Shown in pieces: positions 27,147 through 41,589 of a DNA stretch of 64,000 nucleotides. The stretch covers positions 620,001-684,000 of the forward strand of contig BQFW01000011.1 of the NCBI GenBank assembly GCA_020891255.1, written 5' to 3'. The position numbers and the translations under genes are program-made. Source of the DNA: Entomortierella parvispora E1425. Taxonomy: Eukaryota > Fungi > Mortierellomycota. The notes under the pieces are model-generated. The model did not search any database. It was given only the letters and a program-made list of their open reading frames with translations, and had not been told where the DNA came from. Numbering within the stretch: position 1 is the stretch's first letter; each line of letters starts with the position of its first letter.

Positions 27147-27422
27147 TAGGGTCTAAAGTCAGTGAATGAGGCGGTGGATCAATGGCGACAACAGACAAAC
27201 TAGATCTCGTCTCTTTGATGCATCCATGGATGCTGGCTTGCAGTGACACTGCACAAGGAAAAAGCCACGGGGACGGGGGACGGAGAGACAAAACGCCACC
27301 AAATTTGGTGTGGGACTGTCATGCGCGTTGTTGGAGGGAGGCAGTGAAAGCAGTGAGTCAAGAAGGGCGATCACCCACGTTTTCTCTCTCTCTTTCTGTC
27401 CTTGCATCTGAATTGATTCACA

Positions 27423-28654
27423 ATGTTCTCATTCCATTCTCACTCGGGCCAGTTCTGTATGCATGCCAAGGGCACGCTGGAGCAGGTCGTCAATTCTGCT
27501 GTTGCCCGTGGGTTCACGCACTATGGCCTGTCCGAACACATGCCCCGCTACCAGCCAGATCAGCTCTATCCTGAAGAGGTTTGTCTCTGAAACCAAGGGT
27601 GCGGATCAAAATGAAAGAACCTCGACTAAAGTCTTTTGCGCCTTCTTCTTCCTTCTCCGAATATCCCCTTTGCAGTCTCATCTGACTGTCAAGGATCTGG
27701 AACAGATGTACGACCGCTTCTTGGTCGAGGCGAGTCGACTGCAGACAAAATACAGCTCTCAGATCTGTCTTTTGGTCGGGATGGAGACAGAGTATTTCGG
27801 TCCAGCCTCCATTGATTATGTCCGAAAGCTGCGTCAAGACCGACAGGACATGGTTTCCTCTTCTTCTCCTGCCAAGTTGCTGCCACGAGTCCAGTATATT
27901 GTCGGTTCATTGCACCATGTCCGTGGTATCCCGCTGGATTTCTCGACAGAGCTCTACCTGAAGGCTTTGGAGATGGTGGGTGAGGGATCTTGGGAGCAAT
28001 TGTTCAAAGTCTATTTCGATGCTCAGTTTGAGATGCTGCAAGGACTGCAGCCCGAGGTCGTGGGACATTTGGATTTGGTACGGATATTCTTTGGAGCCAT
28101 CCCTCAATGCAGCCATCACCAACACGACAGCCAGCCAGGAACATTGCCACCTGAGGCTGCGGCCAATGTGCTGACAGATGAGCTCTGGAGCCTCGTTCGA
28201 AGGAACATTGACTATGTTATTTCATACGGTGGGCTGTTTGAGCTCAATTCTAGAGCTTGGAAAAAGGGTCTCGCTGATGCTTATCCGCAACGAGATATTC
28301 TCCAGGTAAGCAGAGGCAAAGGGGAGGGGGCTCTTATGTCTTATTTGGCAAACTAACGGGTCATTTCCTAACCATCACGTCTGGCTACCCTAATAGTACA
28401 TCATCGAAAAGGAAGGACGCATCACTCTGTCGGATGATTCACACGGTCCAGACGACGTGGGCATGTTTTATGACCCGGAATTGAAGCGCTATCTGGAACA
28501 GATGAAAATCGAAAAGGTTTTCTACTTGGTCCCAGCGTCTTTGGATCCTAAACCTGCACATCCCACTCAAGCTAGGAAGGAGACAATGTCCTTCCAACAT
28601 GTTGTTGTACAGGCCATGGACCTTGCAGAGTTGCGTTTCTTTTCAAAAGAGTAG
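27423..28654 (+). CDS. HIS2: Histidinol-phosphatase (PHP family), 3 exons
   Basis: MFSFHSHSGQFCMHA, GLSEHMPR, VGMETE, IVGSLHH, VVGHLDL, FELNS and LSDDSHGP are the complete HisK/PHP metal-binding motifs. Confidence 0.92.
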
Positions 28655-28969
28655 AGTCAACGGTTTCATATCTGATTAAAGAATCCCATTTTATTAGATC
28701 TTCAGAAGAAAAAAAAAACAAAAAGAAAAACAAAAAAAAAAAAACAAAAAAAAAACAAAAAAGAATGTAGAGTACAAGTAGGGACTTCGTGTGAGAGATG
28801 CTGTTGCGGGTGAGATTGAAGAAGAGTCGATAAGTGCTAATCGATTTGAAAATATATATAGTGCAGCCTTTTGTCGACGGAGGTGAGGGGGATGAGGGTG
28901 TTTAGACAATTTTCGAGCCCATTTGTTTTTTTTCGGTTGTTGGTCTGCTTCCTGTCAACATGGTATCTT

Positions 28970-31806
28970 CTATCCAGTTCCTCCACCAGTAGAGGACAGG
29001 GTGGGTGGCGATGTGTCGGAGAGTCCTGACCCAGACAAGCTCGCCATCTTTTCAGCCTGAGCTGTTCCGGCTTCCCACAGAGCCTTTTTCATGGTGTCAA
29101 CTTCGTAATGCAGGATCTTGTACCGTTCAACCATCGTGCGGACGCTCTGACGATGGTATTGCTCAGTCATCAAAGCAGTGGCCTTATCGACATTGACACC
29201 ACTGCGAGGTTCTCCTGACCGCCGCAATAGCTTTCGATCTGGAACTTCCTGTCCAAAGGCCTGCTCGACTCGACGCTTCAAACGGTTATCCTGATCAACT
29301 CCCATAGCAAGCTCCAATTCTCCGTTAAGGCGGTCAAATTCTTCCTTTTTCTTGTCAATCTGGCTTTTGAGAGTCTTCATCTCCTTGTACTTGGTATGGA
29401 ACTGCTGAGAGACTGCAGCGTATTCTGCCTGAGTGGTAATCGCTGGGACTGTGAACACTGTTTTTCATCAAGATTGGAAAAGAAAGTATTAATAAAGGAC
29501 CTTGACTTTACGACCAAATATCGTCAGAACAAAGATTTTCTTACGAGGACTCTGAGGTTTCCGTGATATTGTTGACCCATTGCCGACTTTTGGAATCTTG
29601 TATCCATTGCCAGAAGCTTTTTTCGCTTCTGATCCTCGCCTCGCCGAAGATGTCCCGTTTCCATTGCTGGTAATGGACCCCCTTCTGCTGGTCAAATTTG
29701 GAGATCCAACAGCACCCAACGCTGCAGGCACTCCGCTGAGTGTTGGTTTGGTTGTGGTGGAAGGAGTTGTGTTGCTACTCTGGACTCGCACACTGTGGTT
29801 GGGCACTGAATCCAGAATAGAGGCTGCAGCCTGTCGGCTGGCTTTTGTTCCTGCACCAGAACTTCCCGCACCACTCTTGGAGGAGGTACCTGCACTCTTC
29901 TTTTTCGTCGACAACGTACTTGAAGCTCCACTCGCTGGAGATTTCCGGACCGAGACCTTCTTTTGGGCAGATCCGGTCGGTGGTTTAAGTAAAGAGTTGT
30001 TGTAGGCCGGCTGGCGCCCGTTCTCGGGGCCTTCTGACTCTGAACCGCCTCCGCCTCCTGACCGCCATCTTGATTGGGTGGTGTCCATGTTTCCTACAAC
30101 ATAGCCCTCGGCTACCAAAGGAGGGCTCCGCTTGACCTGATCAGGATCGAGGATATTCCGCTCTGGTGCATCTGGGGCCAGACCCAATTTGTCAAAAGCC
30201 GCCCGAGCATTTTTAGCCGCTGCGTCCCTTTGTTTCGCAGAATAGTTCTTCCAGTCATAAATCTTCACTTCCTTGTAAGTCTCCTGCTTCAAATAATATC
30301 GGCCTCTGGAATAAGTAGCCACCTAAAGAGCGGTAATCAAGTATAAAAAACTGGTCAATAAATCTTTTTGCACGCGGTAGTCTCGAGGATGCTCTTTTTT
30401 TTAAAAAAACAAGAGCAAAAAACAATGCGACTTTGTAATCCAGTGGATCTGAGAATCGCGCAGCACTTTAGGACTTTAGGCAAGTAAACTTTTTTGTGCT
30501 TCATCTCGACACTTACACTAGAGAGGATAGACTGTAGCTCCTCTTTTTCCGCACGCAAAGGATTCAATGCCTTCTCGTCCGTTCCCTCAGAGTTCCACGC
30601 CAGCAGTTGCACAACGCGTGTCCTGAGAGGAACTGTGGTCCCGGTAATGACTGTTGTTGATGGTGAAGGCGATGGTGGGCGTCGTACAGGAATTTGCGCA
30701 GAGGCTGGCTTAGATCCTTTTTTCACTAGATAAAAGAGGAAGCAAGGATGTGGTGAGCGAGGCTTACAGTGGAGAGGAAATATATGTACATCGTATCCCA
30801 ACCACTGGAACGTAGACAAAAACCCCTGTTACTTACAATCTTTTGGATCCAGTCTCTGCGTGCTAAAACAATGGCAAGTTCCAGAGTAAAATCAGATAGA
30901 GTGAGTACATGGACAAAGCAGCAAGCTTTACGCTAAATTCATGTAACAATGGATCCCCTTCAGCATTCACTCATATTCCACTTACGTTCGTACTGGCTCA
31001 TGCTTTATAGCCTTCTTTTGTCCCTTCTTGTCGTGTGTCTTGTGTATGGTGAACTTTGACGAGATATTACCAACAAGATCCAATTGCTTTGATGCGGCTG
31101 ACAATCTGTAAACCTCCATGTTGCCCATATCTTGGGCCTGTTGCGAAAAGTCGTAAAGGTTCTGACCAACCATGAATTTCTATTGCAGTTGATGTGAATG
31201 GAGATTGAGACGCATTTCGGCTGTTAGAACCTGACGTTGGCAAGAACACGAAGAATCCTCTTCAAAAGGAAGACCTTGGCGGATCGACAGTCCTTCACAG
31301 ATCCCCAATAACAAAGAAACGCGTTCTGCAAAGAAAAGTGATAACGTAGAGTGGTTTTCTTGCATCTGTTTGGGCTCCTTGAGAAACCATACACGAGCTG
31401 AAAGGACATGTCCCACGAGCTGTTTCGCCATCCGTGCTCATATTCTTCCTGTTCTTCTGAAAAAAGGGTCCGCACCCATTTGCTTCACTCAGCGTTTCGA
31501 TTTTTTTTTTCCCTGGGACAAGAACACGGGTATGCAAAAAAAAAAAAAAAAAAAAAAAAGAAACCAAAAAAAAAAAGGAAAAAAGGGCAAAACAAAAGAA
31601 TGTGGAAAAAAGGCGGACCAAAAGAAAAAAGCAACAATTACAGCAACAAGAGTAAGACTTACAGATTGACCCATGTCCAGTTGTAATGACTGTCGACCAC
31701 TCATGATCTCCTCCAGCACCTCTTCTGACAGCTTGAACTCAATAATCTGTCGCCTGGCTGGCGTGGCGGCATTGACCACAAAGTGATCATTATGATTGAA
31801 AGGCAT
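28970..31806 (-). CDS. ELL1: RNA polymerase II elongation factor ELL-like protein (C-terminal occludin-homology domain), multi-exon
   Basis: N-terminal IIEFKLSEEVLEEI; central VVQLLAW...KVATYSRGRYYLKQETYKEVKIYDWKNYS; C-terminal ITTQAEYAAVSQQFHTKYKEMKTLKSQID (occludin/ELL domain). Confidence 0.78.
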
Positions 31807-32379
31807 GCTGGCTGTGCTCCGTTTTAGCGCCCGAACGTGTTGATAACCGTGGAGGTATTCAGATTCAGTTCAGTCCGACGATGGATTCCACACCGATTGC
31901 GCGACAGGGACAGGGGGGAAAGACGGGTGGGTAAAACGAGGTTGGTTTGTTTAGAAAGAAAAACAAAAAGAGGGGGGGGAGGGGAGGGCGCGGGTTTCTC
32001 GCTTCTCTTGTGTTTGAAGTTGAGATTGCAAGTAAAGAGGTAGAAAAGGAAGGAAGTGTGAAGAGGTATCAACTATGGACAGAAGACGTGACGACGCGGG
32101 GGGGGGGGGGGTGAGAGACAGAGAAAGAGAGAGGAAGGGATGCAAGTCGGTCGAATGAGATGAGGGAGTGCAAGATAGATGGATGGATGGATGGATGGAT
32201 GGATGGATGAATGGACAGATGGACGAAGGGGAAGGGGAGGGGGGACTTCAATCGACAGTCCCAAATTTTTGTGCCACCTTTTCTCGTGCTCGCGACTCCT
32301 TCAACACACACCCATTCTTAAAAATTTAAGTGCATTTCTTGGTATTATTGAAACATGGTACAGAGGTGCGTCAGCCAGC

Positions 32380-34119
32380 TCAACCCAAAAACATGTGGCT
32401 ATTGTCATCATACTGGTCTTCGTTTCCAAGCTCGTTGATCTTCAGGGGCTCCATATTGATGGACCTCAAGGGATTAAAGTATCGGTGTTGCATCGCTTCT
32501 TTCGCCGTCAATCGCTCCTGATGGTCATAGCGAACTAGACCATCCAGGAGATCAAAAACAGTTGTGCTAGCAAGATGGGCATTGTCGTCGTTCACAAACG
32601 CCTTCCATGGCCTGGGCTTAAAAAGATGCGACGTCAATGCCTCGTGAGGACCGAGATCGAGATCGTATTTTTTCGCATACTCGAAAAACTTTTGAGATCC
32701 CAAAAGTTGAACCATCTTGACAAGTTGATCGTTGTTGTCCTGTCCGCGCAAGAAGGGTTCCTTTTGAAAGATCTATTGAGGCAAGGTCGGCAGGAGTTTT
32801 AGAGAGTTGGACATACATAAAAAGAATTGTGGCCGTGATTCAAGTCAATGGTTGCCTACCAAGCCCGCCATCATGACTCCGAAACTCCACATATCGAGCG
32901 AATAGTCATAGTGCTGAAGATCCACCAAAAGCTCGGGTCCCTTCCAGTATCGTGAGGCAACTCGAACATTATACATCGTCCCGGGCATGTAAAACTCGGC
33001 AAGACCCCAGTCAATGAGTCGTAACTGCGTTGCACAAGAGGCGGTGGATAGAGGCGATGGATAGTCAGATTTCAAATCTTCGAAAGCTATGAGGGCAGTT
33101 GCTTAATCTACGTACGTACCTTCCGCTTATTGTGGTCGATCATGACGTTGTGCGGCTTTAGATCTCGATGCATGATGCCTTTCGAGTGACAGTAATCCAA
33201 TGCCTGAAAGAGATCCAGCACACAAAGTATAAGTTCCTAGTGAGCCAGAGGTCCTGTGATTTGTTCATCCATCTATCCATCCATCCATTTGGTCCTGTAG
33301 ATCATACCTGTAAGAGTTGATACATGTAGAAGCGGACATCTCCATCCTCAAGTTTCGGGTACAGGGTCCTGAAGTCGTCATTGTCAACACACTCAAAGAT
33401 TAAAGATGGCGTCTTGGACTATGATTAATTCAATGCAAAGAGCAGTTAGGGTGTATGTGATGGATAAGCTGAAGCGTGTGCAGCCTTCAGGGTACAGCAG
33501 CGGATGAACATTGTCCCACCACGAGGACACGCAAACAAACGAGGGAAATATCCATCCATCCATCCATTCTGTTAATGCGGATGCACTAAGGAAACCTACT
33601 TGGGGGTCGCGGACGATATCAAAGAGGGTGATGATGTTAGGACCGCCGGTCAGGTTCTGGAGAATCTTGATTTCACGCTTGATTTTCTTCTTTTTGATGG
33701 GCTTGAGGACCTTGATACAGCATTTTTCACGCTTGGCAAGGTCAACTCCCTCGAACACCTCGGAGTATTTGCCACGTCCTACTTTACGGATGACCTCGTA
33801 GTTGTCCTGAGTTCTATCGATGGGGATACAAACAATGGGCGTCTGTTAGTCTCGTGGGCTGAGTGACCATTATCCATTTATCCATCCATCCATCGGTTGC
33901 AGTCCCTGTTGCCAGGGGTACGCCTACGGGTTGTTGGTTGGGCCGAGGCAGAAGAATAAAGAAAGAAAAAAAAGGAATGGGTGAAGGAGGTGATGATGCC
34001 AGGTCTCGTTACCCCCATTGCAAGGTGACATTCTCGTAGTCCCAGTGGTCCTGTCCAAGCTTCTCGTTCGCATCTGCGTAGACGGTGGCGATGGTATAGG
34101 GCAGCTGAACCTTATGCAT
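32380..34119 (-). CDS. CKA: Casein kinase II catalytic (alpha) subunit, multi-exon
   Basis: VYADAN...[67 protein letters not shown] and [19 protein letters not shown] at 34119. Confidence 0.93.
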
Positions 34120-34943
34120 GTTGACAAAGGGGAGGGATGGCGCAGGGTCCGAGGCGGCAAAAAGAAAAGAACGAAGCGAGGGATAAGGATAAGGAAGGAC
34201 AGGGGATTTGTATCTCTTGCGTTTAGCAAGCAACGAAGTATCAAGGGAACAGAGGGAAAGAGAGGGCAGGTGAGGGAGAGAGGGAGCGAAGGGGAGCAAA
34301 GAGAGGGAGAGGGAGAAGGAGGGGAGAGGGAGTGGGAGAGGGGGACAAAAAGAGGCTCTGCCTTGGACGGGCGGACGGATTTGATTGATTGATTGCATGT
34401 GTGCAGTGTGCAGTGTGCAGTATAGTGAGTGTACTGTGCACACACAAAGTGCCTGTGGGGTGCGGCTACATAGGCTCCAGAGCAGCAGTGTCTCCATGCA
34501 GACAAAGCCAAAATCTTTGTGCTCGCGTCACATAGCGCGTGCGATGGCAGGGTCTTCTCGTGCGTGTCCTCCTTCTTTTTGGTCCAGGCACTATAAAAAG
34601 GGCATCTCGCTGCATCTCAATTCACTCAATGATGTGTTCATTTTGTTCATATTCATTCCTTCATTCCTTCAGTGTGCTTCTGTCTGTCTGACGCCCTCCT
34701 CCCCCCTATCGTCTTGTTCTCGTTCTCTTCCTCTTTCTCTTTCTGCTTCTCTCTTTCCCTTTTTCTTTCTTTCCGCGTCGCGTCTTTGTCCCTTTAATCG
34801 CATCCTCGACCCGAGGCTTTCTCGCACCATCAAAGCGCACGCGACAACCTGCTCCCGGTAGCAAAGAACAAAAAAATAATAAGAGACCAAGGGAAACCAG
34901 ATTTTGATTCCTTCCGTCTTCTCCGGCTGCTCGTGAATGGCGC

Positions 34944-37900
34944 ATGGCTGGAATGCATCCCACCCATTCCACATCCCTGTCCTCCAACGGACCTCTCACC
35001 GACTCTTCCGTTTTAATTGAATCCCCAATGGACCCCAGCGGGACAATGAAGGCAACGCCTGCCTCATCCAGGCCCACTGTTGCAAATACTGTTCCCGTCA
35101 CCCCTGTCCTCGAGCCAAATGTGAATGGCATGGTCCCCATGAGCGCAATTATCCATCGCATGTCCAATGAGGCCTTTTCTGATCTGTCTAACCTCTCCGA
35201 AATGTAAGCTCTTGGTTCGAATGGAAGATCGTTTTAATGGTCGCGTTTCATTACAATGCAAAATGACTGATCCCCAGACTTGTCTTCTAGTTTACCATCC
35301 ATGGACGATGCTCAGAGAAAGCTTCATATCCTGGAATATGCACTGTCGAAACGGGAACAGTTCATCAAACTCCTTGTTCTGACAAAGTGGGCCAAGAGCG
35401 CGCCAAAGATTCAGCAATGCCAGGTACAGATCAGATACCTCTGTCAGACCTTCTTTTCGACTCGGTGGTCAAATACTAACAGGTGCTCCTCTGTTCACGT
35501 AGAATATTGTTGGTTTCTTGCACAATCAAAACGAACAATTCACGCATGCAGTTGGAGGACTTTTTGAGACTTACAAGACATTCGGCCGCGCAAGGTATGG
35601 ACTCTGGAGGATAAAAGTGGCAGAAAAGTGTCGACTGGGATTCTTACACGTCTATTTGCGCGGATTTTAGAGTACGCAACTATGATATACCCACAGCCAT
35701 TGATGTCTTGACGACAGGAACATATCAACGCCTCCCCTCAAGGATTAAGCAAGTCTATGTTGCTGAAGAGAAACCAACAAAGGCAGAGATGGCGTCAACT
35801 TTGGATCGCTTGGACGATGTCATACGGATGCGACTTTTATGTGACGAACTTGTACCGCCTGCAATGAAGTATACTGTTGGCAAGGGAAAGGCAAAGTTTG
35901 TGGTTGCGAACGAATTTGAGGTTACACTGACCGTTCCTGGACCTGGAACACCCGAGGATGTCCCTTGGCGGATTATCGGCCTCAAAATCTTGGTTAAACC
36001 AGTTGGTGGATCATTTCAAGGTAAGGGATTGTTACAACCTATTGCAGCCATTTTGTTCCTCGGTCGTTCTCTTTACGCTCAAGTTTCTCAACATATCCGT
36101 GATTTGATAATCGAACTTAGGACTCGAGACAACTCTAAACGAAGCACAGATGAAGGGAATCATGATGATGGCGCAAAAGGAGCTCGAATCATCATCTACA
36201 TCCAGTGCTCCTCCATCTCTCCCAGCTACTGGTGCAGAGAGCAAGGGACCGGCCAACCAGGCACTGCTCAGACTCTATGACTATCTTCATATGCTTTCCT
36301 TGCACTTACTTATTGAGCTGGTTTATATTCAGGTATGTGAAGTGAATACTGAACATCTACGACAAGACCATCCCAGCACTGTACCAAGTCTCTTATTTTC
36401 TGCTGTTCTCACCGATGTCTTTTATTCAGGCTTTCCACCTTCTTCGATCTGGATGGACTGATCGACTGCGCGTTGAAATCAATCAGTCGAGATCCATTGT
36501 CAGGCTGGTTTATTGGCATAACGGCTATACTCCTCCAACACTCCCGCCACCTACGCTGACTCCCAAGCGTAGAGCCTCGACGACGCCCGCCTCAGCTGCT
36601 GCTACTGCCAAGGAGACATCATCAGCGGCATCGGCCCAGCATGAACACTTTTTAGAAATCAGAATCGAAGAGTCTGTTGGCCCTGTCTCGAAGATTCCAG
36701 ATGGCCTAGCGGGAGCGTTGGTAGATCCAAAGATTCTCGGATATCCCAAAGCATCGATGAAAGTTGTTTGGAGTCAGGTTGCCAAGGGAATTGTTTCTGA
36801 AAATGAAACTAGAGCTATTCTGGAGCTGGTAAGAAGAACGGGACTTAATACTGAAACGAAAAGGGAAAGGGAGAGAGATAATGAATAGATGCTAATATCT
36901 CTTCGATAGGACCCCTCAAATCTGAATATCGAGAGATTGCTTTTGCGAGCTGTCAACATGCATACGAGTCAAGCAATGCAGGGATTCTATGACCGTCTTC
37001 GATCCCACATCGCTAGCATCAAATCCCAACCAGAACATCAGGATGGCACTCGATTCCTGCCCGAGGACGTTAGACTGGAGAGTGCTGTTGCCGATGAATC
37101 CCAGACGGCATTGGCTTCGCGTGCTCTGACAGACTCGCAGACATTGCTTGTTCGCCTGAAAGGGGATCGATGGATCAGAATCAGGATTGACGTCCGCACA
37201 GGCCGTGTTGTTGTTCGTGAGGTTGGGAAGACGGGTGAAGGCAACGATCGTAAGTACCATATACAGCACAACCAAGTGGATAATGAGGACCGGAATACTC
37301 ACGTCACTTTTTTTCCATTTTCTCCTTGTAGCCGTCATTGCCGCATTCCAAGCGAGGCTCAACGAAAACGCCAATAACATCGTTGATGCTTTAGTCTCTC
37401 TGCGATTTTCTGTAAGTTGACAGTGCACTATATGGTGCAATTTCTCAAACAGACGTCTAATGATTCTATGCTTTATTAAAAATAGATGGCGATTGTTGAA
37501 CTTGAATCTACGGGAGCACTTCTTGGACTTCAGCCCTACCGGCGTATTGCACTTGGAAAGGCTGATACGGCACAGTTTGGTGTCAATATCCAGCAGATAC
37601 TGTTTCTGCAATATCCTCAACATCCTCGCCACTACCTTGTCCTTGGAGTAGTTGATCAGCGTTTTCGCGTATGGTTGATCGAGGTGGCACCTGCTGAGAG
37701 AGAAATTGCTGGAATTTGGTTGACGCTGAAGTCGATCATGCCCATCTATTGGCAAGGATTGAAACGACAGCAGTCCGCCCCAGAAGTCGATGTCAACCTT
37801 AAGAAACTATCTGCGAAGAGAAAGTCTGTCCAATTTGATGTTGAAGACGACGTATCAGGGGATTTTACCGATATTGACGAGTATGTGACAAGGATTCTTT

Positions 37901-39622
37901 GATCTGTTGACTGTAATTGAAATTGAAACGTATTCGCTGACATCTTTCCTTTACTAGGCTCACTATTGATCAGGACGTGCTTTCCAAACTGGAGTCTCTT
38001 GGTCGTGTTCGTATCTGCCACAATGAAGCAAGAGAGCAACTACAGGTACATGGAATCCGGTACCATTATCTCTCAGCTGCTTCTCTGAGAGTCAAACCAG
38101 GGGAAAACTCAGAGATGTCAAGAGTAGCAAATATGGTCCCACTCCTGCGGCTTGACCCAAGCACTATCTGCAAGGGCTCCGCGGATGGGCTCTTTTTGTA
38201 TGTGGGTGCTAAACTGACAGGATGGTGGGACAGTCAAAGAGGCACCTGCAACTTTGTAATCCAAGCCAAATTTGCTCCTGGGGTTACTCTGCCTATCATG
38301 GAGAGCGAATTGCTCGGTAAGACGGAACCCACGGTGTACGCGGTATATTCTTAGATGTCTTACTTATACGATGTTATTTTCTGATCGTAGGCTCCTCTGT
38401 AGTATTCAGTGCAAAGACGGATCTACTGAGCTTCAACTACAAGACGCGGGGAGCTTTTGTTGGCCAGTTCAAGGAGGACTGGGAGAGGATTGTCCGCATG
38501 CTGAAGGTGATTCGCCAACTGCACGCACCGACATTGCCGAACAGCTCTATTATGCTCCGTGTTTGTCATCTTCATAAGGTGCAACTCCAGTATTGTGGCC
38601 AATATCTCTTGACAATCCAGTGGATGCCCGCACAAACATCGGACCAAAAGTCATCCACTGGGGTTATCATATCCAAAGCACCACGGTTCAAACAGGGCTT
38701 CTATGAGATTGACTTATCTGAGGCGGACAGCGATAGTGGCATTACTGTCAATCCTCATCGCCGTATGCGATACTTTTTACAGGACATGTTCAATCGGGAG
38801 GCTGACCTGCATAGTCTGATGAACGTAAGACAAGAACTACTTTGCAAGATATAACCCCTGCTGACTTTTTTCAAATTCTGATGAACGTCTTGCCCCATTC
38901 CCGACTATAGACCGTTATTCAAACGTGCCCCATTCTGGAAGTTTTGGATCGACTGGAAAACAATGTGAAGGAAGATAGCATGGGTATGAAGATGCTATCA
39001 GTCGTCCCTCGCTCTGCTCATCATATCAGAGTCATTGTTGGTTCAAAGTAGGTCATCACTGGAAGAGATAATTGCGTGAGAAACAAAGGAACGAAATTGA
39101 ATAGGGGCTAACCGACTATGTTGCTTATATAGATTCGCTTTGGACATCAGAGCTTACAGCCGCACGCACTTATCCATGTTTGATGCATCGTTCCCCACCG
39201 AGTCTTTTGGCTCAGACCTTCCCCCGCCTCCCATTCCTACGACTGCCCCTGCTCTTCTTGCAACTCCTGGAAGGGTCCTGCCTCCAACTACACGAGGAAG
39301 GCTACAATACGGACCAATAAGCAATCTCCTTGGCGTCATTGGTGGAATCGACGTTAACAAGGAAGACGAAGAATTCAACCGGTTGCAATTGGGTGCACCG
39401 TCGACCCATAACGATACTGACGGCTCTATGGAGATCACGATGGAGCAACCAAAGTTAGAATCTGAGCAGACTCCCAATCAACACTCGCCCCTGACACCCC
39501 CATCAACTCCCCGGGACCAGGAGTATGAAGTTATGGCGTTACAGAATGGACTCATCTGCTCTCGGAACATCAGTGGACGCGTTCTTTACCGCCTTGCAAA
39601 ACACATGGAGAACCTTGCTTGA
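34944..39622 (+). CDS. MED14: Mediator complex subunit 14, multi-exon
   Basis: MVPMSAIIHRMSNEAFSDLSNLSE, REQFIKLLVLTKWAK, YDIPTAIDVLTTGTYQRLP and GKAKFVVANEFEVTLT form the Med14/Rgr1 N-terminal signature; many consecutive exons run to 39622. Confidence 0.9.
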
Positions 39623-39848
39623 TCAGACTTCACCAAACTCGTTTCTTTTTTTTTTTTTTTTTTTTTTGCGACCTTCCAGCTCTCCTCCTCCTCCTTGTAC
39701 ACTACAAACCGCCATCTCAAGAACAAAATAATAAAAAAAAAGAGGATATTGCCATTGGTATGATATGCCTGATCTTTGTCGAGGTGCTGCAGTGGAAAAA
39801 GCATTGATACAAACAGCGATGCATCGTCCTGCATCATACTACCGCGCC

Positions 39849-40695
39849 TTAATTAAATGATGATTCTGCAAGGGTGTTTTTCACTTCACTGGCTGTCATT
39901 GTTTTGTTAAGAGATTGCTTTATTTCATGTCGCAAGTTTTCCGCAAGCTTGCTTGGTTCGTCGCCAACCTTTGCCGAAACAGGCATTGTGAAGAGGACAT
40001 GTGCTCCTGGATCGGTTCCACCTGGCATCAACACCACCTTTCTCTTGGTGCGATCGAAATTGTTGTTGCCAATTTCTCTCATGAGCCCCTTGCTGTTTAA
40101 CGACTCGGCCTTATTAAAACACCCAGGTCGATGGAGTGTGGGATTTGAAGTGAAGTTTGAAATGTAGGAGGATGAGCTGGCAGGGACCGAGGAAGACGAG
40201 TCTCCTCATTCTCTATGACTTTCACCCCACACGACTCGATCTAGAGGCAAAGGAAGGATATCGCTACCTGATTGAATCAAGGGACTGGCTAACAGAGTCT
40301 TGAAAAGCTCCTGGCCTTGCTTCCAAAACCTCATAGTACCAATCGGATTGTTGTTTTCAGAAGCCGTGTACTTGTCTCTGTCCGCCATCGCACCGTACAT
40401 GTGAGATTGAAGTGCAATCTCCTGGTTGACGTTCCACGATGGCTTCACCTCTTCGATGCTTCAAGGGACGAATAAATACCGATTCTCCGGCACCCAGCTG
40501 CTTCGAATGCCCGGTCATATAAGCAGGGCGAGGAACCATGATGATACCCCCCCCCCCCCTTGGATGAACTGAATGGTTGCCCCAGGTCCTTGTGCTCACG
40601 GCAAGCTGCGCACTCAACTCGTTGAAGGTGTGTCTTCCACCTGTGGCTAGGATAAACAGTTGACCATCTGTTTGCCTGATCGACAGCCGATTCAA
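39849..40695 (-). pseudogene. Degraded protein-coding relic of unknown family
   Basis: Three adjacent protein-like minus-strand fragments in different frames (40357-40695, 40206-40448, 39849-40082), interrupted by stops and a poly-C tract. Confidence 0.3.
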
Positions 40696-41589
40696 GTTTC
40701 AGCTTGTCAGCCCGAACACTGCATAGGGTATGACAGTTTCTGGGCTCTTGAGCAAAGAATGTACTTCTTTCCTCCCTTGGGTGCTTGGAATGTCTTTGGA
40801 CAGCCCAAGGCAGACAAGAGGCTGGATCCGTTACTTCTTGGGATTGTCTTGCGCTTCATCGACAAGTGTCGCGAGAACCTGGGTGGATGCTGCTATATGC
40901 TTGCATTATTAGCAAAGTTTGGGCATCCAGCATGTTTTCATTCTCTATTCTTTTGGTAGGAAATAGGAAAATCCAAGACGATCCAAAGATGGTCTTTTGT
41001 ACTAAGCCATGAATTTCAATTCAATAGCCCTCTGTGAAGGTGTCATCACTTTGTACCCTCTCATTCTGTGCAAGAGCCAGTAAAATTGGTGGCGTGCAAA
41101 GTACTGAGGTGACAAAAAACATATGCTTCAAGGGGGAGGAATGCTGAAAAAGATGGGGTACAGAAAAAGGGGGACGCCAAAAAAGATGGAGAGGGAGGAA
41201 AGAAAGAAGGTCAAAAGAGATCAACAGCTTTCCAACTTTCGTTGCACATATAAAGTAGTCTATCCACTCAAGAATATGTACTGACCCACAGCCAATCCAT
41301 CTTCAAGACTCCAGGAGTGCAACAGAACTCACATCACTCACATCACCTTCTGCCAGACCTTTATAAACTATCCCGGTAACCGTCCCAAAGAACTAAGAAT
41401 TCTCACAGAACGACCTACCCTGCACGCAACATCTATTGCAAGGCAAGTCATGCACCAGGCGACTGTGATCTGACCTCCAGCAAGTGACGACTATTGGCGT
41501 CTCCAAAAGTCAATGCGCTTCGATCCACCTAACAATGATGCTCAATGCTCTCTCAAACATGATTGTTGCAGAACAGGCGTCATCAAATC

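Noticed and set aside
32179-32215. (GGAT)n and nearby (TG)n tracts as functional or telomeric repeats
   Set aside because: Short ordinary microsatellites; no telomere-type array.
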